From positions 124,124,001-124,188,000 of the forward strand of contig NC_042998.1 of assembly GCF_006345805.1 (NCBI RefSeq): a stretch of 64,000 bases of DNA, in the 5' to 3' direction. The position numbers and the translations under genes were made by a program. Of this stretch, positions 1-12,989 are shown one piece after another (position 1 is the stretch's first letter; each line of letters opens with the position of its first letter). The notes under the pieces were generated by a model. That model made no database searches. It was not told the origin of the DNA and saw nothing but the letters and a program-made list of their open reading frames with translations. This DNA is from Octopus sinensis (taxonomy: Eukaryota).

Positions 1-611
1 ACAACATAAATATATATATTCATGTATATGTGGTGTGCACGCGCGAACCTGCGTGTGTACGTATGTTTGTTTTTGTGTGTGCGCGCGTGTGTGTGTGTGC
101 GTTTATGTGTGTGTATATGTGTAGCAGACTCTTGATGCTATTTTAAACGTAAACTAACTCACTTTAGAGCCTGTCGTTTAAAGCGGCTGCAGGATCGTAG
201 GAATGATGTGCAGTAAAACTTAGTAGGATATGTCGAGGCTTGGGCAAATGTTTTTGTACACGAAAATTAGAAAACATTATTTTTATTACATTTGAATATG
301 AATGGGTTGAGATAGTCATTGATTATATTCAAGTTTACAAAAAGTAGGTAATTTATATTAACAGAGGAAAATTAAACCATTTGTGTTCAACGTTGTACTG
401 GGTCGAACAACATACCTGACCAGAGGTCAAAATTCTACAGAACTGAGATTTAACTAGATTTGTGAACAGGTCAAATATTCGGATATATGGAAAGAGACAC
501 ACAAAAACCCCTGTACATGTTTGCATAGACATATTCTATAAGTCTTCCCTTAGATAATAGCACAAGTTTCAGACAGAAATGCGTAGATAAAATTATATTC
601 ACATACCTTAC

Positions 612-693
612 CTTCAGAAAGTAACGAGTCAATTAGAAAAGTCATGCTAGTTGTATAAATGCCGATGTTGTCACGATGTGGAACAATCCATAT
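612..693 (-). CDS. Candidate internal coding exon of an unidentified gene (IWIVPHRDNIGIYTTSMTFLIDSLLSE-G)
   Basis: Minus strand reads ttttcaactaatcttactag|82 nt|gtaagg, with a CTAAT branch-like motif and an AAG|GTAAGG donor. Only one frame is open. Protein not recognised. Confidence 0.3.
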
Positions 694-3216
694 CTAGTAA
701 GATTAGTTGAAAATCATCCAATATAGAATTTTTTTCCGTCCTGGAACTCCAGTCAAAATATTAAATTTTAAATCAATAAGTTCATATATTATCAACGGTC
801 ATAAATATTTCGTAGATATAGCGATAAATACATTCCTTTGTGCATATAAATTATGGTGCGATACAAAACTCATATGCATCTTGAACTTATATCTACTAAG
901 CCATACCAACTCTGTCTGTTTATACATAGCGAACACCAACAGTGGTTAACGAGAGGACTAATTGTACGTCTATATATGCTTCAGAGAAAGTCGACTAGTT
1001 GTTGGTGCATATGTTAAATTATTGCTCACTGTAAAATTATATGAAACCGAATAATTGTTTGGTGATCAAATTTTGAAAGCAAATTTTCATGTATGTACAC
1101 GTACATGTAAATACCATACACGTATATTATGCATATTCATTTAAAACCATACAACGGAGAATTCATGCACACACAGACATTTATTTACGCACGCACACAC
1201 ACACACATATGTATGTACACCTGTATGAACGTGTATATAAGTATGGATATATATAGATATAAAATGTATACATATATACACATTCATACATATACATGTA
1301 TGTATATGTTTAAGCACACTCCTCGACGTTAAAAAACACGGAAAGTGTACATATATATTTTAATACGCATACACACATTAACGCACATATTCGCACACAA
1401 GGGCTGTGTATGTATGCGTATGTGTGTGTATGTGTGTTTGTGTATTTGTGTTAATGCATTGGAGAGTTAACATGGTGCGCATACCTTTCATATACACACA
1501 TAAAGATGTCCTTAAATATAAACACGTAAGCAGAATTGTGTGTGGGAAATAAAAACATATTTGCTTATATACACACACGGGCAGCTATAAAACACATCTT
1601 AAAAATACTCTTACACAGAAGCACAAGTCATCACATTTTTATTGCTGATACAAATATGACTACCAGACAGTATTTTATTGAAATGTATTCAAAAACACGA
1701 CTTTGAGTTCTTCAGGTTTATGACTCAACGCTGAATTTATAACTCGAGCATGCATACTTAAAATTGCACAAACAAATAACCTATACATATACATATATTA
1801 GCATAAGTTCATTTCTATACACGCAATGACACATGTATAAAAATACGTCCTTGTTGATATATGTGCACATGCACACAGCATAAATACTGCCGAAAATATA
1901 CAAATGCAGGAAATACTAAGCAAATCACACTCACAGATACTAATGTACAAGCTTATAGTAAAATGATTACTCAAAAAATACCCAAAGAGTGAGAGTGAGA
2001 GAGAGAGAGAGAGCTTTCCTGTGTACTGAATATAAATAGGTTAGTGTTTCTTGTATCTAATGTAAGTTGACACACCTCAGTCCACTGAGATTACCGAAGT
2101 AATTACAATAAAATTATTTCTCAATTTGTTTAAAGTCTAAAACCCATGGGGAAAGGAATATTAATATTTCCTCAAAATTTTGGGATAAACTTGACATTGC
2201 AACTTCTTGTGGATTTGTTCATGAATATGAACTGAGGAAAATGCGAGCATAATTCATTTCTATTGAGCATCACAGAGAAACGTGCCTCCTCACCTGTCAA
2301 GACTTCGAGTATCAAATATAAATATACAGGGAAATGGAGGAAATAGCGGGGTTGATTATGTATACTAATAATATAGCTAAGGGTAAATACCTCAGGCGAA
2401 CGTCCTACATACAAAAAGGAAATACAGAAATTTAGTTAGGTTAAAATATTAAATTAAAATTCCCAATTACTTAGTAAATAAAACCAACCTCTGATATTTG
2501 TTCTTAGCAAAATCGTTAATATTAATAACATTTTAAATCTATTCCCTCCATATTTTTCTTATTGTATTTTGGCTGCACTTGCTCTCGTCAACATGGTAGA
2601 ATACGTCTTACCAGGGAAATTCCATACAACCAAAGTACACAGGTTACTTTCCCTAGTTGATTTTAGCGACCACATCTATTCTAATAAACACTATATTTTT
2701 CAACAGTACAGACCATTTATAAGTAGAATTATTTTTGTCCCATTGTTTTGTTTCACATTTATAAGTAAATAGTTGCCTGCTAAATCACTTGATCTCAGGT
2801 GGGTGAAGATTTTCAACTCAACAGGAAACACGTATTTGTTTTTTAATATTCAGAAACATCTTCATGTTCCATCAACCAGAAGGATATGCACAACTATATC
2901 TGTCAACTTATATTTGTACAGTACAGGTCATTTCCTATCACTTTCGAACAAGTTTAGTAGAAACCTACGTGTATACGCATATACAAATAGTTTTTTTCTT
3001 TCCATCCACTTGCCTTTCTATCATTTTCACACTCCACCTAACTTTTGAAATTTTGTTCATTAGGTTCTCACGGTCGTGTTTTCTCATTACCAGCCTTTCC
3101 ATCCTTGTCATCATGTTTTTGTTTACATCTATCTATGCTTCTACCATTGCCTTCTTAGATGACCTTCCCTTTTCATGTCAGTCTATCAATCTATCTATAT
3201 ATCCATCAATCTAGCC

Positions 3217-3225
3217 ACCTGTCTG

Positions 3226-3292
<67 letters not shown>

Positions 3293-3380
3293 GTCTGTCT
3301 ATCTATCTATCTATCTATCTATATATCTATCTCTCTATCTATCTATCTATCGTTCTGTCTATCTGTCTGTCTGTCTATCT
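3217..3380. repeat. (TCTA)n/(TCTG)n microsatellite
   Basis: Tandem tetranucleotide read directly. Confidence 0.95.
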
Positions 3381-4020
3381 AGGTGTCTATTTATCTGTGT
3401 GTCTGCCAGTCTATCTATTTATGTAGTGTATTCCTCTTCCGATTTTTATATCTAATCTCCTTGCCTTTACCAACCCACCTTCTATCACTGCGACAACACT
3501 TTTCCTCCCTCACTTTCTCTCTCTAATTCTCTCGACTCGCTTTTCTCCTCTGCTACAAATCTTCCTCTCTTTTATTCCCGTGTCACTCGTTCTTCTCAAA
3601 CTGATGGTTGGACCGGTCAGTCGATTCTTCTTCAGGTCTGGCTTCCTTTCATTTTTTTATCCAATTTCGAAAGGCACGCAATTTCTCATATAAACCCAAC
3701 TTTACAACATATCTTATCTGTGTCATGAAGGTGAAGTCATCCTATATATACGCATGAAGGAAGTTTCTTTCATAATTTTACCGTTCTCTTCACAACTCGT
3801 CTTAATTTATCGTTCAGTCAACAGGTCAATTTTGTTTTCTGTGAGAGCACTTGCCTTTTTTTATTTATCGTATCAGCTTGTCTATATTCCAGTGGCCTAC
3901 ATTGCTGATGTCACCAAATTGAGCTATATTATCTGCATATATCGAAATTATAATGATTTACTCTTTATATTTTTTCCGCCTGATCGAATTTTTTATCGTC
4001 TCTCTATGGCACATTTTCAT

Positions 4021-4160
<140 letters not shown>

Positions 4161-5212
4161 AGTGTTTGTGTGTTTGTGTGCGTCTTTGTATGTGTGCGTG
4201 TGGGTGTGTCTGTGTAATCATGTATATGCATGGAATTTTATATGTATTTATACAAGCTAGTATTGTTACACTTGAATACATGGTGCAATTATTTATGAAC
4301 TATTCATTATTAAGTCGATGAGCAGAGTATATCTGATCACGATAATTAGGATTAAATGGAGGCATAATCTCTTCTCAGATGTGACCAAAGGCAGGTTAGT
4401 TACAATGGTTAGTTACAAATTATGTCCTACGTTATGTGATTTGTAATTAAACGAAATGCCTCGTGATTGTGTAAGATTAGCTCTTACTACTAAGAAATAG
4501 GATGCGTTTATACAAGTAACTTAAATCTTAATTTTAGCAGTGACACAATATCCTTAATTGTGAACGATACACTGTACATTGAATCGAGAAAGAGCAGTAC
4601 ATACAAATTAAATAATGTAATGGTCCAATTAATAAATAGTTTATTAGAAATTATTCATATATACAAAGTGAAGATAAACGATTTTGATCTGCGAAAAACA
4701 AATATCGAGTGACTAGTCACACTTTACAAAAATATCAAAATGGTTTCATTCAGCTTCAATTCTCTGAAAACAGAAGTTAGAAATATGTTAATGAAATGAT
4801 TGATACTTACATTGTGGAGCCTGTAGACAGAGCAGCAAGGTATTTCACTTTTATACGTCCACGTATTGTTATGGCATTAGCTACTGAGATGGGATTAGAC
4901 TCTGGCTATAACTGTAAGCAACATGCATAATGATTTCAGATAATATTAATGATCTATTAGATCATTGAGTAACTAAAGTTCGAATGTTAACAAGTTTTAA
5001 AATTGAGAAAATTAACAAAATTATTCCAATATTATTCTGGATTCCAAAATTACATGAAGTGTCATTAGCATGGAGATTTATTACAGGGAAGATAATGTGT
5101 ACGGCTAAGCAAATACCTCATCTGCTTATCAAATCATTTTGAGATAAAGTCAGAGTATAGAAGGGTTTTTTTTAAACAATTTGCTTCAACTTTGGCGTAA
5201 TTTTATCCTTGA

Positions 5213-5595
5213 GGAGGCGCAATGGCCCAGTGGTTATGGCAACGGGCTCGCGGTCGTAGGATCGCGGTTTCGATTCCCAGACCGGGCATTGTGAGTGCTT
5301 ATTGAGCGAAAACACCTAAAGCTTTACGAGGCTCCTGCAGAGGGTGGTGGTGAACCCTGCTGTACTCTTTCACCACATCTTTCTCTCACTCTTTCTTCCT
5401 GTTTCTGTTGTACCTGTATTTCAAAGGGCCAGCCTTGTCAAACTCAGTGTCACGCTGAATCTCCTCGAGAACTACGTTAAGGGTACACGTGTCTGTGGAG
5501 TGCTCAGCCACTTGCACGTTAATTCCACGAGCAAGCTGTTCCTTTGATCGTATCAGTTGGGACCCTCTTCGTCGTAACCGACGGAGTGCTCCTAC
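5213..5595 (+). mobile_element. Full-length tRNA-derived SINE, family A (tail type 1), with 15-bp TSD
   Basis: A box TGGCCCAGTGG and B-box-like GTTTCGATTCC. Flanked by identical TAATTTTATCCTTGA at 5198-5212 and 5596-5610. Head shared with the copies at 12.2 and 62.4 kb. Confidence 0.92.
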
Positions 5596-7422
5596 TAATT
5601 TTATCCTTGAATATTAGATCTTCTAAATAACTTTAAGAAAACGTGTTATATTTTAAAGTACGTCTCAATGAAAAATATTAAAGATATTTTATCCTGAGTA
5701 TACTTGTACTAAGATAAAAGCTATATTATTAAGTTTACCATTAATAAATCAATCGCTAGTTTTACGGTTATAAAGTTTTAGAAGATTGAGAGAATTCATA
5801 TACACAATAATTGCCTTCTATTAGTTGACTTCCATAGTACTGTAGGTGTTCGATTTTCTTAGTGACTTTGCCAGAAGTACAAAACTGGGTTTATGTAAAC
5901 TGCTTGAAGTTTACTAAAGATACTTGAGACAATGTTTCTGTTTTCAGTTACAGTTTTCTTATTTTATTTTAATAGTTAACGAGTTGAATATATCAAAATT
6001 ATATGAAGGCAAGGAGAAAAGGTTTTATTGTAAATCCATTTGATTATTTAGACATTACGATAATATATAATAATAATTAAATAATTGTAACATTAGAATA
6101 AAACTGACTGTTCCAAATTTCAGGTGCCAGCAAAGTCATTCACACAAAGCTGTATTCATTCCATTCAGAATCTGATATAACCGTTAGGTTATTAGATACA
6201 GCAATATAATGAACATTGTTGCTTCATTTATAGATAAAGAGAAACAGTTGATGACGAATATAGCTAGGTTAAGTTAACAATATATATTTAAAACTTTTAT
6301 TGTGGCCTGAAACGGTGGTGATTCCATGGACAAATATAGGCTTATTTTAAACCCGCAACTGAATATGAAATCTCTAGATATTTAGTAATTGTTGACATTA
6401 ACGTGTGTTTGTCGCCTTACTGCTTTGTTAAAGGTTTCGGAATGTATTTCTCTTCTCGTCATTGTCACCATTTATACTAGCGGCCTATTTGAACTAGACT
6501 ATGTAAAAGAATGGTTGACTATTTTGTTGCTCTTGCTGTTATGGGCAATACTTGTATTAATCAGTGAGGTAATCATGGGTTGATATTTCTTTATGATTTT
6601 GAAATACTAATTTCAGTATTGTTTAAGTAACTCCATCTTTTTTGTTTTATTTCATTCTATTTTCAGTCGATAATGAATAAATTTAATAACTATTGGTTTA
6701 TGTCTAGTTATTCCTTTCATTCTAATTAAACTTATTATGCATTAGTTTACTGTTTTGCTTTAAAATTTGTTTATGAAACTGACATTTATGCTTATCTTTA
6801 AATTTAACGTATTGTAGTGTGATTTAGGTGTTAATCTTCTAAAACCATGTTACTGTGCTGGTCATGTTGTCAAATGCAACGCCTGTATTAGCTATAAAGT
6901 GCAATTATGATCCCAATTGCTTTCTTGTTTTACACTCGTTCTATGTGGTTTTTCTTTATGTAGTCATTTTTAGCTAAGTTTAATAATCATAGTCTATGTC
7001 TGTTGGTTTCTTTGAATTTGAGCTTTGAGTATGCCTTGAACTGCATGAATTCTACTGAAGTTTTGGTATTAATCCTGTTGGATTCAAGGTAGGTTAAATG
7101 TATTTACTTTACGTTGTTGTTGGCTCAAAGGTAATGTTTGTGTGGATTTATTTGTATGAAAGTACATGGATGTAGTGTTTTCTCTGTGATGTTTTGTAAA
7201 TCCTACGTGTATTTTGAATATTGTTGATGATTTGGGCACCGTTGAGTTGAATTATGCTGCTCGGTAAGTAAAAGTGCTCATAGCAATCGCGTATGCGCGC
7301 ATGGCCGTACATACACCTGCACGCATGCACAGACACACGTACATGTGCCGCGCTTAAAATACACACATGCACACCCACACGTACACCAAAAAAATATATA
7401 TAATTTATATACACATCCGACA

Positions 7423-7740
7423 ATGAAATACGTGGGCCTTACTGAGGGGAATTTCAAGGCAAGGTTCAATAATCACACCTTGAGCTTCAGGGACTGGGAT
7501 AAAATGAAAACGTCCAAATTATCCAGTCATATATAGTCCTTAAAAGATAAAGGCGTCAATTACAACATCCATTGGAAGAACTTAGCCAAGTGTAAGTCCT
7601 ACATCAACGGTAGTTGAAAGTGCGTTCTTTGTGATATGGAAAGATGGCTCAACTTGAAAAGCAGCTTAGGCCCCTCTACATGTCTAAATTCAAGAACTGG
7701 ACTTTTCGGTTCATGTCCATATATGGCTAAATATTTGTTA
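7423..7740 (+). mobile_element. Penelope-like element fragment, GIY-YIG endonuclease (decayed)
   Basis: Translates as KYVGLTEGNFKARFNNHTLSF...SKLSSHI*SLKDKGVNYNIHW...KCVLC...LNSR, the typical PLE GIY-YIG C-terminal pattern, with stops. Confidence 0.85.
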
Positions 7741-8098
7741 CGTTTTTGATCCTCCCGAGATCACAGAGAGAGCTGGCTTTTTATGTTGTGTCCACGTACA
7801 AGCTTTTTATCACTCTATACTTTTTACTTATATTGTATATTTTTTATATATTTTTTTACATGTTTATAGTGATATATTTTTAATATTTTCATTACTCATA
7901 TTTTTTACACATTTTTTCTGTATTTTACCTTCCACCTTGCATTTTTCTTTTGCATGTGCGTATCTAGACGTGTATATGATTCTTTTTCTGCGTTCGTATG
8001 TGTGTGAGCGTGTGTGCGGGTATGTATGTCCTAGAAATTTCACACTGCCTTGACTTTGTTGTCTCTTTATATTTACCACACAAACGCGCACACACACA

Positions 8099-8135
<37 letters not shown>

Positions 8136-8163
8136 AAAAAATATATATATATATGTATATAAA

Positions 8164-8585
8164 ATGGAGCACCACCATGGTATTTTTGATTTCCTCAGTC
8201 TGGAGTATTTCACATCACCACTCTTGTATGTGCCTTTGTCCCAGTTGCTTGCTCATTTGGTGTACAAGACACTTTGATTCTGCTACCCCGTCTGCTCCTC
8301 ATGTCGGGATGTTGGTTCATCCGGCATTGTGGAGGGGAGGATGTTAAGTTCCGTTCTGAAGCAATTTACTTCCACCTTATGCAGATTTCTTAATTTTTGT
8401 GGCAGGGCAATAAAGAGATGTGGACCTTTGAACTCTAGACTATTGCAGTACCTTGTCCTGAATTTAGATGGAGTGGATGGTACTTTTGGTACAATACAAT
8501 GACGGCCAGTTCTGGTATTTGTATAATACTCAATACCGAAATTTGATACTAGCCTTTCTAGAATTGTGCATATGTAGATTTTTGC
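8164..8585 (-). mobile_element. CR1-like LINE 3' fragment
   Basis: TGRHCIVPKVP...RTRYCNSLEFKGPHLF..LP..LRNL...PDEPTSR matches the 46.5-kb LINE. Ends in ATGGTGGTGCTCCA, a remnant of the shared 3' tail. Confidence 0.85.
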
Positions 8586-9284
8586 ATGTCTCACGCCGTC
8601 ACGTATTTATGTATGTATGTATATAAATCGAAATGTACAGTATTATATATCAATAACGATCGAATCCTACTAGTCCGGTTGTGTAACCCTGCGACCTTCA
8701 GAGAAAGCTGTTATAAAATAAAATGTGGCTACTGCTCTCTATTGTTGGAGGTGGACAGACACATCAGGTTTATAGTTTCTGTGAAAAAGACGACGAAACG
8801 AAATGAGGAAGGTTAGGTTAAGAGTTATGTCGCTTGGTACGAAAATCATCATCTCTGTATGTAGTTGTTGCAAGACGGTAAGCGTTTTCTGATAAAAGTT
8901 TTTGGGAAATATGTGTATCTTCAAGGTTGGTGTCCTTGTAAAAATAGAATGTGTGTAGCGGTATCATAAGCATAGCCGGTGGAGGGCAAATAGATTTGTG
9001 GTTGGGCGCAAATACATTTGTGTTCGTTAGTACGTTTTCTTTCTTTAATGTTTGATTTAATTCCTGAGGTATTTGTGTATGCATGCACGGTATATTGGGA
9101 GCAGTGTAAAATGGTGCGTTGGTGGACGCCCACCGTGTCAGGTTCTGTATGTTTATGAGTGCGTGTACGTTCTGGTCAAACTTTTTGCCGGATTCCCAGA
9201 TATTGGTGGAGCGCGAGTCGAAGCTGGGAGACGGGTGATTATAATGACGATGGTGCACAAAAAATATAGAATATACTCACCTTT

Positions 9285-10295
9285 ATGTGCGAAAGGTTTA
9301 AAAACTTAACTTCTGTTTTTCAGGAAGATGCCTGGGTGCTGGCAGCAGTTTAATATCGCTTTTATCTCAGTCAGATATAATCTACTCTTCCTACTGCTAT
9401 TGAAGTACACTTTATATTTCTCTACAGTCCTTCACTTTATGCACTGTATTCAGTGGTACATTCTTTCAAGGACCATACGTGCTTGGCCAGGGTTGTGGCG
9501 TTACGTCTCTCCGGGATGTTAAGGTCTTGTAGTTGTTATAGTAGGTTCTGAATTGGCCTTCTGTTAACCCACGTACTTTCGCACGCTTGATGACCGATTT
9601 GGTCCTATTCTGTTACCACTGCCACGTATACGACGATTTCCGTATTACAGTTGCTGTTCTGTGGACATGTTGCGTTACCCCTACATGAGCATCCTGCCTT
9701 TGTTCTCAGGTGAGAGCCTACCTACTGAAATAATTTTTAACATTGGGTGCACAGCTAAAGGCAACTCTCAGGGTGTGCCTATTAAATATTTTACTGAACC
9801 TATTTCTAGGATAGAAGTTTTTTGCCTACTAAGCTAAGGAAACTCTTACCTACTCAGGTTTTAACATTCAAAGAAAATGGCGGTGTGAACCACAGCATCT
9901 TACAGCGAATTTTCTTTTGTGGGGTTAGGGTCTTCTGTGTAGCTAATTCCTTCCTTCAAACCGTTGGCGGGCATAGCCTCATTAGTGGGTGGCAAAATCA
10001 GAAATATTTTTACTTGATGATTCTTTACTATATTCTTGAAAACTATGGCTGAATGACTGGGACTTACATTAATAATAGATTCTCGTTGTGATAGCTTTTC
10101 ATTTGACATTACCGTATTCCAAGTTCAGTGTCATTTAAGGAAATCCACCGGGGAATTCATGATGCTAGTGAGGTCCTTTCTAAGCTTATCCAGCGCGTGA
10201 CCATTTCCTCCTCTAGATGTTTTCAGCACGTGATCCTTGTAGAGGCCAAAGCTAGTGGAAGAAAACTGCTTTTTGAGTAAATCTGGGACGAACAA
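9285..10295 (-). mobile_element. Penelope-like element, decayed RT C-terminus plus GIY-YIG
   Basis: Frameshifted motifs in the correct order: GLYKDH(YRDD-like)...GHALDKLRKDL; WFTPPFSLNVKT; KIFNRHTLRVAFSCAPN; CSCRGNATCPQNSNC..IVVYVA; YVG.TEGQF..YYNN; LKNRS.VFKPFAHK. Confidence 0.85.
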
Positions 10296-10305
10296 ATGCA
10301 TACAC

Positions 10306-10353
<48 letters not shown>

Positions 10354-11751
10354 TCATATATACGCACATGCATATCACTCCAACCGTTAACAATACGGTA
10401 GAAAAATACTGAGAAAGAATTACAAACACAAACACCTACTAATAATCTGAACATACTGCATATGAGACCCTGCTATATTAGAATTATACAATGGAGCAGA
10501 CATCGTCAACTGATTTAATAAATAATGATATCAAATATGTTTTTATTTTAAGTTTTCCTTTTGTAATTCACTGATTTTGCAGTATTAGTTTTTATTTCGC
10601 TAATTTTGTTGTCTTTCTTCTTTTTTCTTACTCGAGGAAGAAAAATATTGGGATGTCTGAGTTAATTTAAACTGAATTGTTTACAAGATTAGATATGCTT
10701 GATAGATCGGTTGAGCAACCCGGCATGAATAATTCTATCAGAAATATAGTTTAACGTAAAAGTCGATTGTAAGCTAAATGTTGTTATGCTGGTTCCATGC
10801 AGTTCGTAACGGTGCAACTTCAGATATTGTGTAGATTTCAATAAGAAAATAAAAAGCCAAGAAAAAAAATTACATCCGTTGTTGGATTATGTATTGATTT
10901 GCATAGTTTAATTTTTCTATTTTCACAATTATTTATAGCCTACCTTCAATTGCACAATTTAAACCATAAATAGATTTGAGATATAAGTGCTCCACTCCTG
11001 AAATAAAGAATGAATTCAGAGAAGTTCCTAGATCCTACATCTTTATTTTTTTAATTTTAAGTTCATTCTTTAGCGTACGGTTTTGACGGAAAATAAAATT
11101 GGAAGCGACTGTGAGTAAAAAGTAAATTTGAAAAAAAAAAGGCAAAACAAAAAGAGGCAGGTATCTGCTGCGAATCAGAAATTATTTCTTCCGCTCTACA
11201 ATCAAATTGCATCATAAATGCTTCCCTGCGCTGATATAAAACAAAAACTTAGGTCCATGGAAACAACATATTCACATACCAGTGCTTCTGCACATCCGTT
11301 TCTTACACGCACCTATAATATTATATTACTGCATGTAAGATATGATGGAATGCTATAACAACAGGCATATGTATTTTTGACATTTGATACACTACCTTCA
11401 TATATCGATATATCGTTATATGTAGATATGTTTATGTGTATACACGACACACATACATATATTTATACGTATGCTTGTATGTATGCGGGTATATTATATA
11501 TATTATATTATATTACATTTTGAAAATTGTAATGATGTGTATTGAAGCTACAGAAAATAGCTAAATTTTAAATAAAAATATCGTCTTTCCAAAGACACTC
11601 TGTATTATATAAACTTTTGACTTCGTTATCTTTACGAAGTTTATAATGAACTCTCACGTTTTGTCTTCCAATGGTTACTCGAAACATGCAAACATTCAAA
11701 GACACACAACCAAAAATATTCTCAGAATAGTAAAGGAGAAATTTAATATTT

Positions 11752-11816
11752 ATGGCGGTGCCCCAGCATGGCCACAGCTCATAAGCTGAAACTAGAATCA
11801 ATCAATCAATCAATCA
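11752..11816 (+). mobile_element. Extremely 5'-truncated CR1-like LINE or SINE-B 3' tail plus (TCAA)n
   Basis: GGCGGTGCCCCAGCATGGCCACAGCTCATAAGCTGAAAC matches the 46.3-kb LINE tail. Confidence 0.7.
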
Positions 11817-11964
11817 TATAAATAAAAGAAATAGAAGTAGAAGATGATATATGAAAATGCATAATGAATTATAGTAGACATAAATACAAGCATGAGTAAA
11901 TATATTTCCGTATAAATTTCCATGCATGTGTTTGCATATGTCTCTGTGTGTGTGTCCGTGCATA

Positions 11965-11998
<34 letters not shown>

Positions 11999-12184
11999 TC
12001 CGTGTATGTGTGTCCGTGCATGTTTGTGTGTTTTTATCTATACATCTGTGTAAAAATGTATGGACAATTAGTAGTTGAACAGAAAATGAGAGGTAGATAG
12101 ATACAGTGACATAAAGGTAGAGAGAGAGAGAGAGAAAGTCTATATGTCTATATATATATGTATATATATTGTATGTATATATAT

Positions 12185-12458
12185 CATCATCATGTGACCG
12201 ACCAGACCATCAGATGTTGTTACACATCGGTGGTCACAATGCGTTCGCATTGTTTTAGCCCGCGAGCAGGCGAACAGAAGAAAGAGTGGGAGAAAGAGTG
12301 GTGAAAGAGTACAGCAGGGATCACCACCCCCTGCCGGAGCCTCGTGGAGCTTTAAGGTGTTTTCGCTCAATAAACACTCACAACGCCCGGTCTAGGAATC
12401 GAAACCGCGATCCTACGACCGCGAGTCCGCTGCCCTAACCACTAGGCCATTGCGCCTC

Positions 12459-12459
<1 letters not shown>
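12185..12459 (-). mobile_element. tRNA-derived SINE, family A (tail type 2)
   Basis: Reverse complement of the 5213 head. The 3' part differs and matches the RTE 3' UTR at 17.3 kb. Ends in (ATG)n. Confidence 0.9.
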
Positions 12460-12505
<46 letters not shown>

Positions 12506-12507
<2 letters not shown>

Positions 12508-12688
12508 GTAGGTCCCGGGTTGAGTCGGGGTTAACCACAGTAAATAAGGTACTCAATGCATGGCAGAGTAAATTGATTTATTTTATAGAAGGAGCTTCTA
12601 CAGGACTAGAACTGTTTCATTCAAATGAAATGATTTCATTTGAATGAAACAGTTCTAGTCCTGTAGAAGCTCCTTCTATAAAATAAAT
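12506..12688. repeat. Short element between (TA)n tracts ending in a perfect 113-bp palindrome; probable PLE terminal fragment
   Basis: Arms 12576-12631 and 12633-12688 are exact reverse complements (56 bp each, 1-nt centre). The PLE assignment is inference. Confidence 0.8.
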
Positions 12689-12734
12689 ATATATATATAT
12701 GCATATGTGTTTATATATGTGTTTATTACTATAG

Positions 12735-12989
12735 GAAGTGCAGATAAAGGCAGCCACAGCCAAACTCCTTCATGCACCAAACGCCATATGGTGTTGCAAC
12801 AAATTTTACTTCACTAATTGACGTTTGGTGCATGAAGAAGTTTGGCTGCACTTCCTGCTGTGAAGTTGGTTCATCTGGGATACTTGACAGTAAAAGTTCT
12901 GAAGACACTTACATACATCCCATGTAGGTCTCTCAGGTCGTTCGGGAGGATAATGAAGAGGAGTTGTCCTTTAAAGCCCAGGCAGTTGC

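Noticed and set aside
5213-5290. tRNA gene calls for SINE heads (also 12.4, 20.9, 21.4 and 62.4 kb)
   Set aside because: A and B boxes are present, but each continues into a shared multicopy SINE body with no clean cloverleaf or terminator.
6600-7280. Possible very old PLE RT N-terminal remnant on the minus strand
   Set aside because: Only vague compositional resemblance, with many stops and no diagnostic motif.
8818-9258. 146-aa minus-strand ORF
   Set aside because: No recognisable motifs. It lies just downstream of the PLE ORF and is probably element 3' sequence.
10131-10290. Apparent terminal exon (cccag|DLLKKQF...DFLK*)
   Set aside because: Better explained as the degenerate YRDD region of the adjacent Penelope-like RT.
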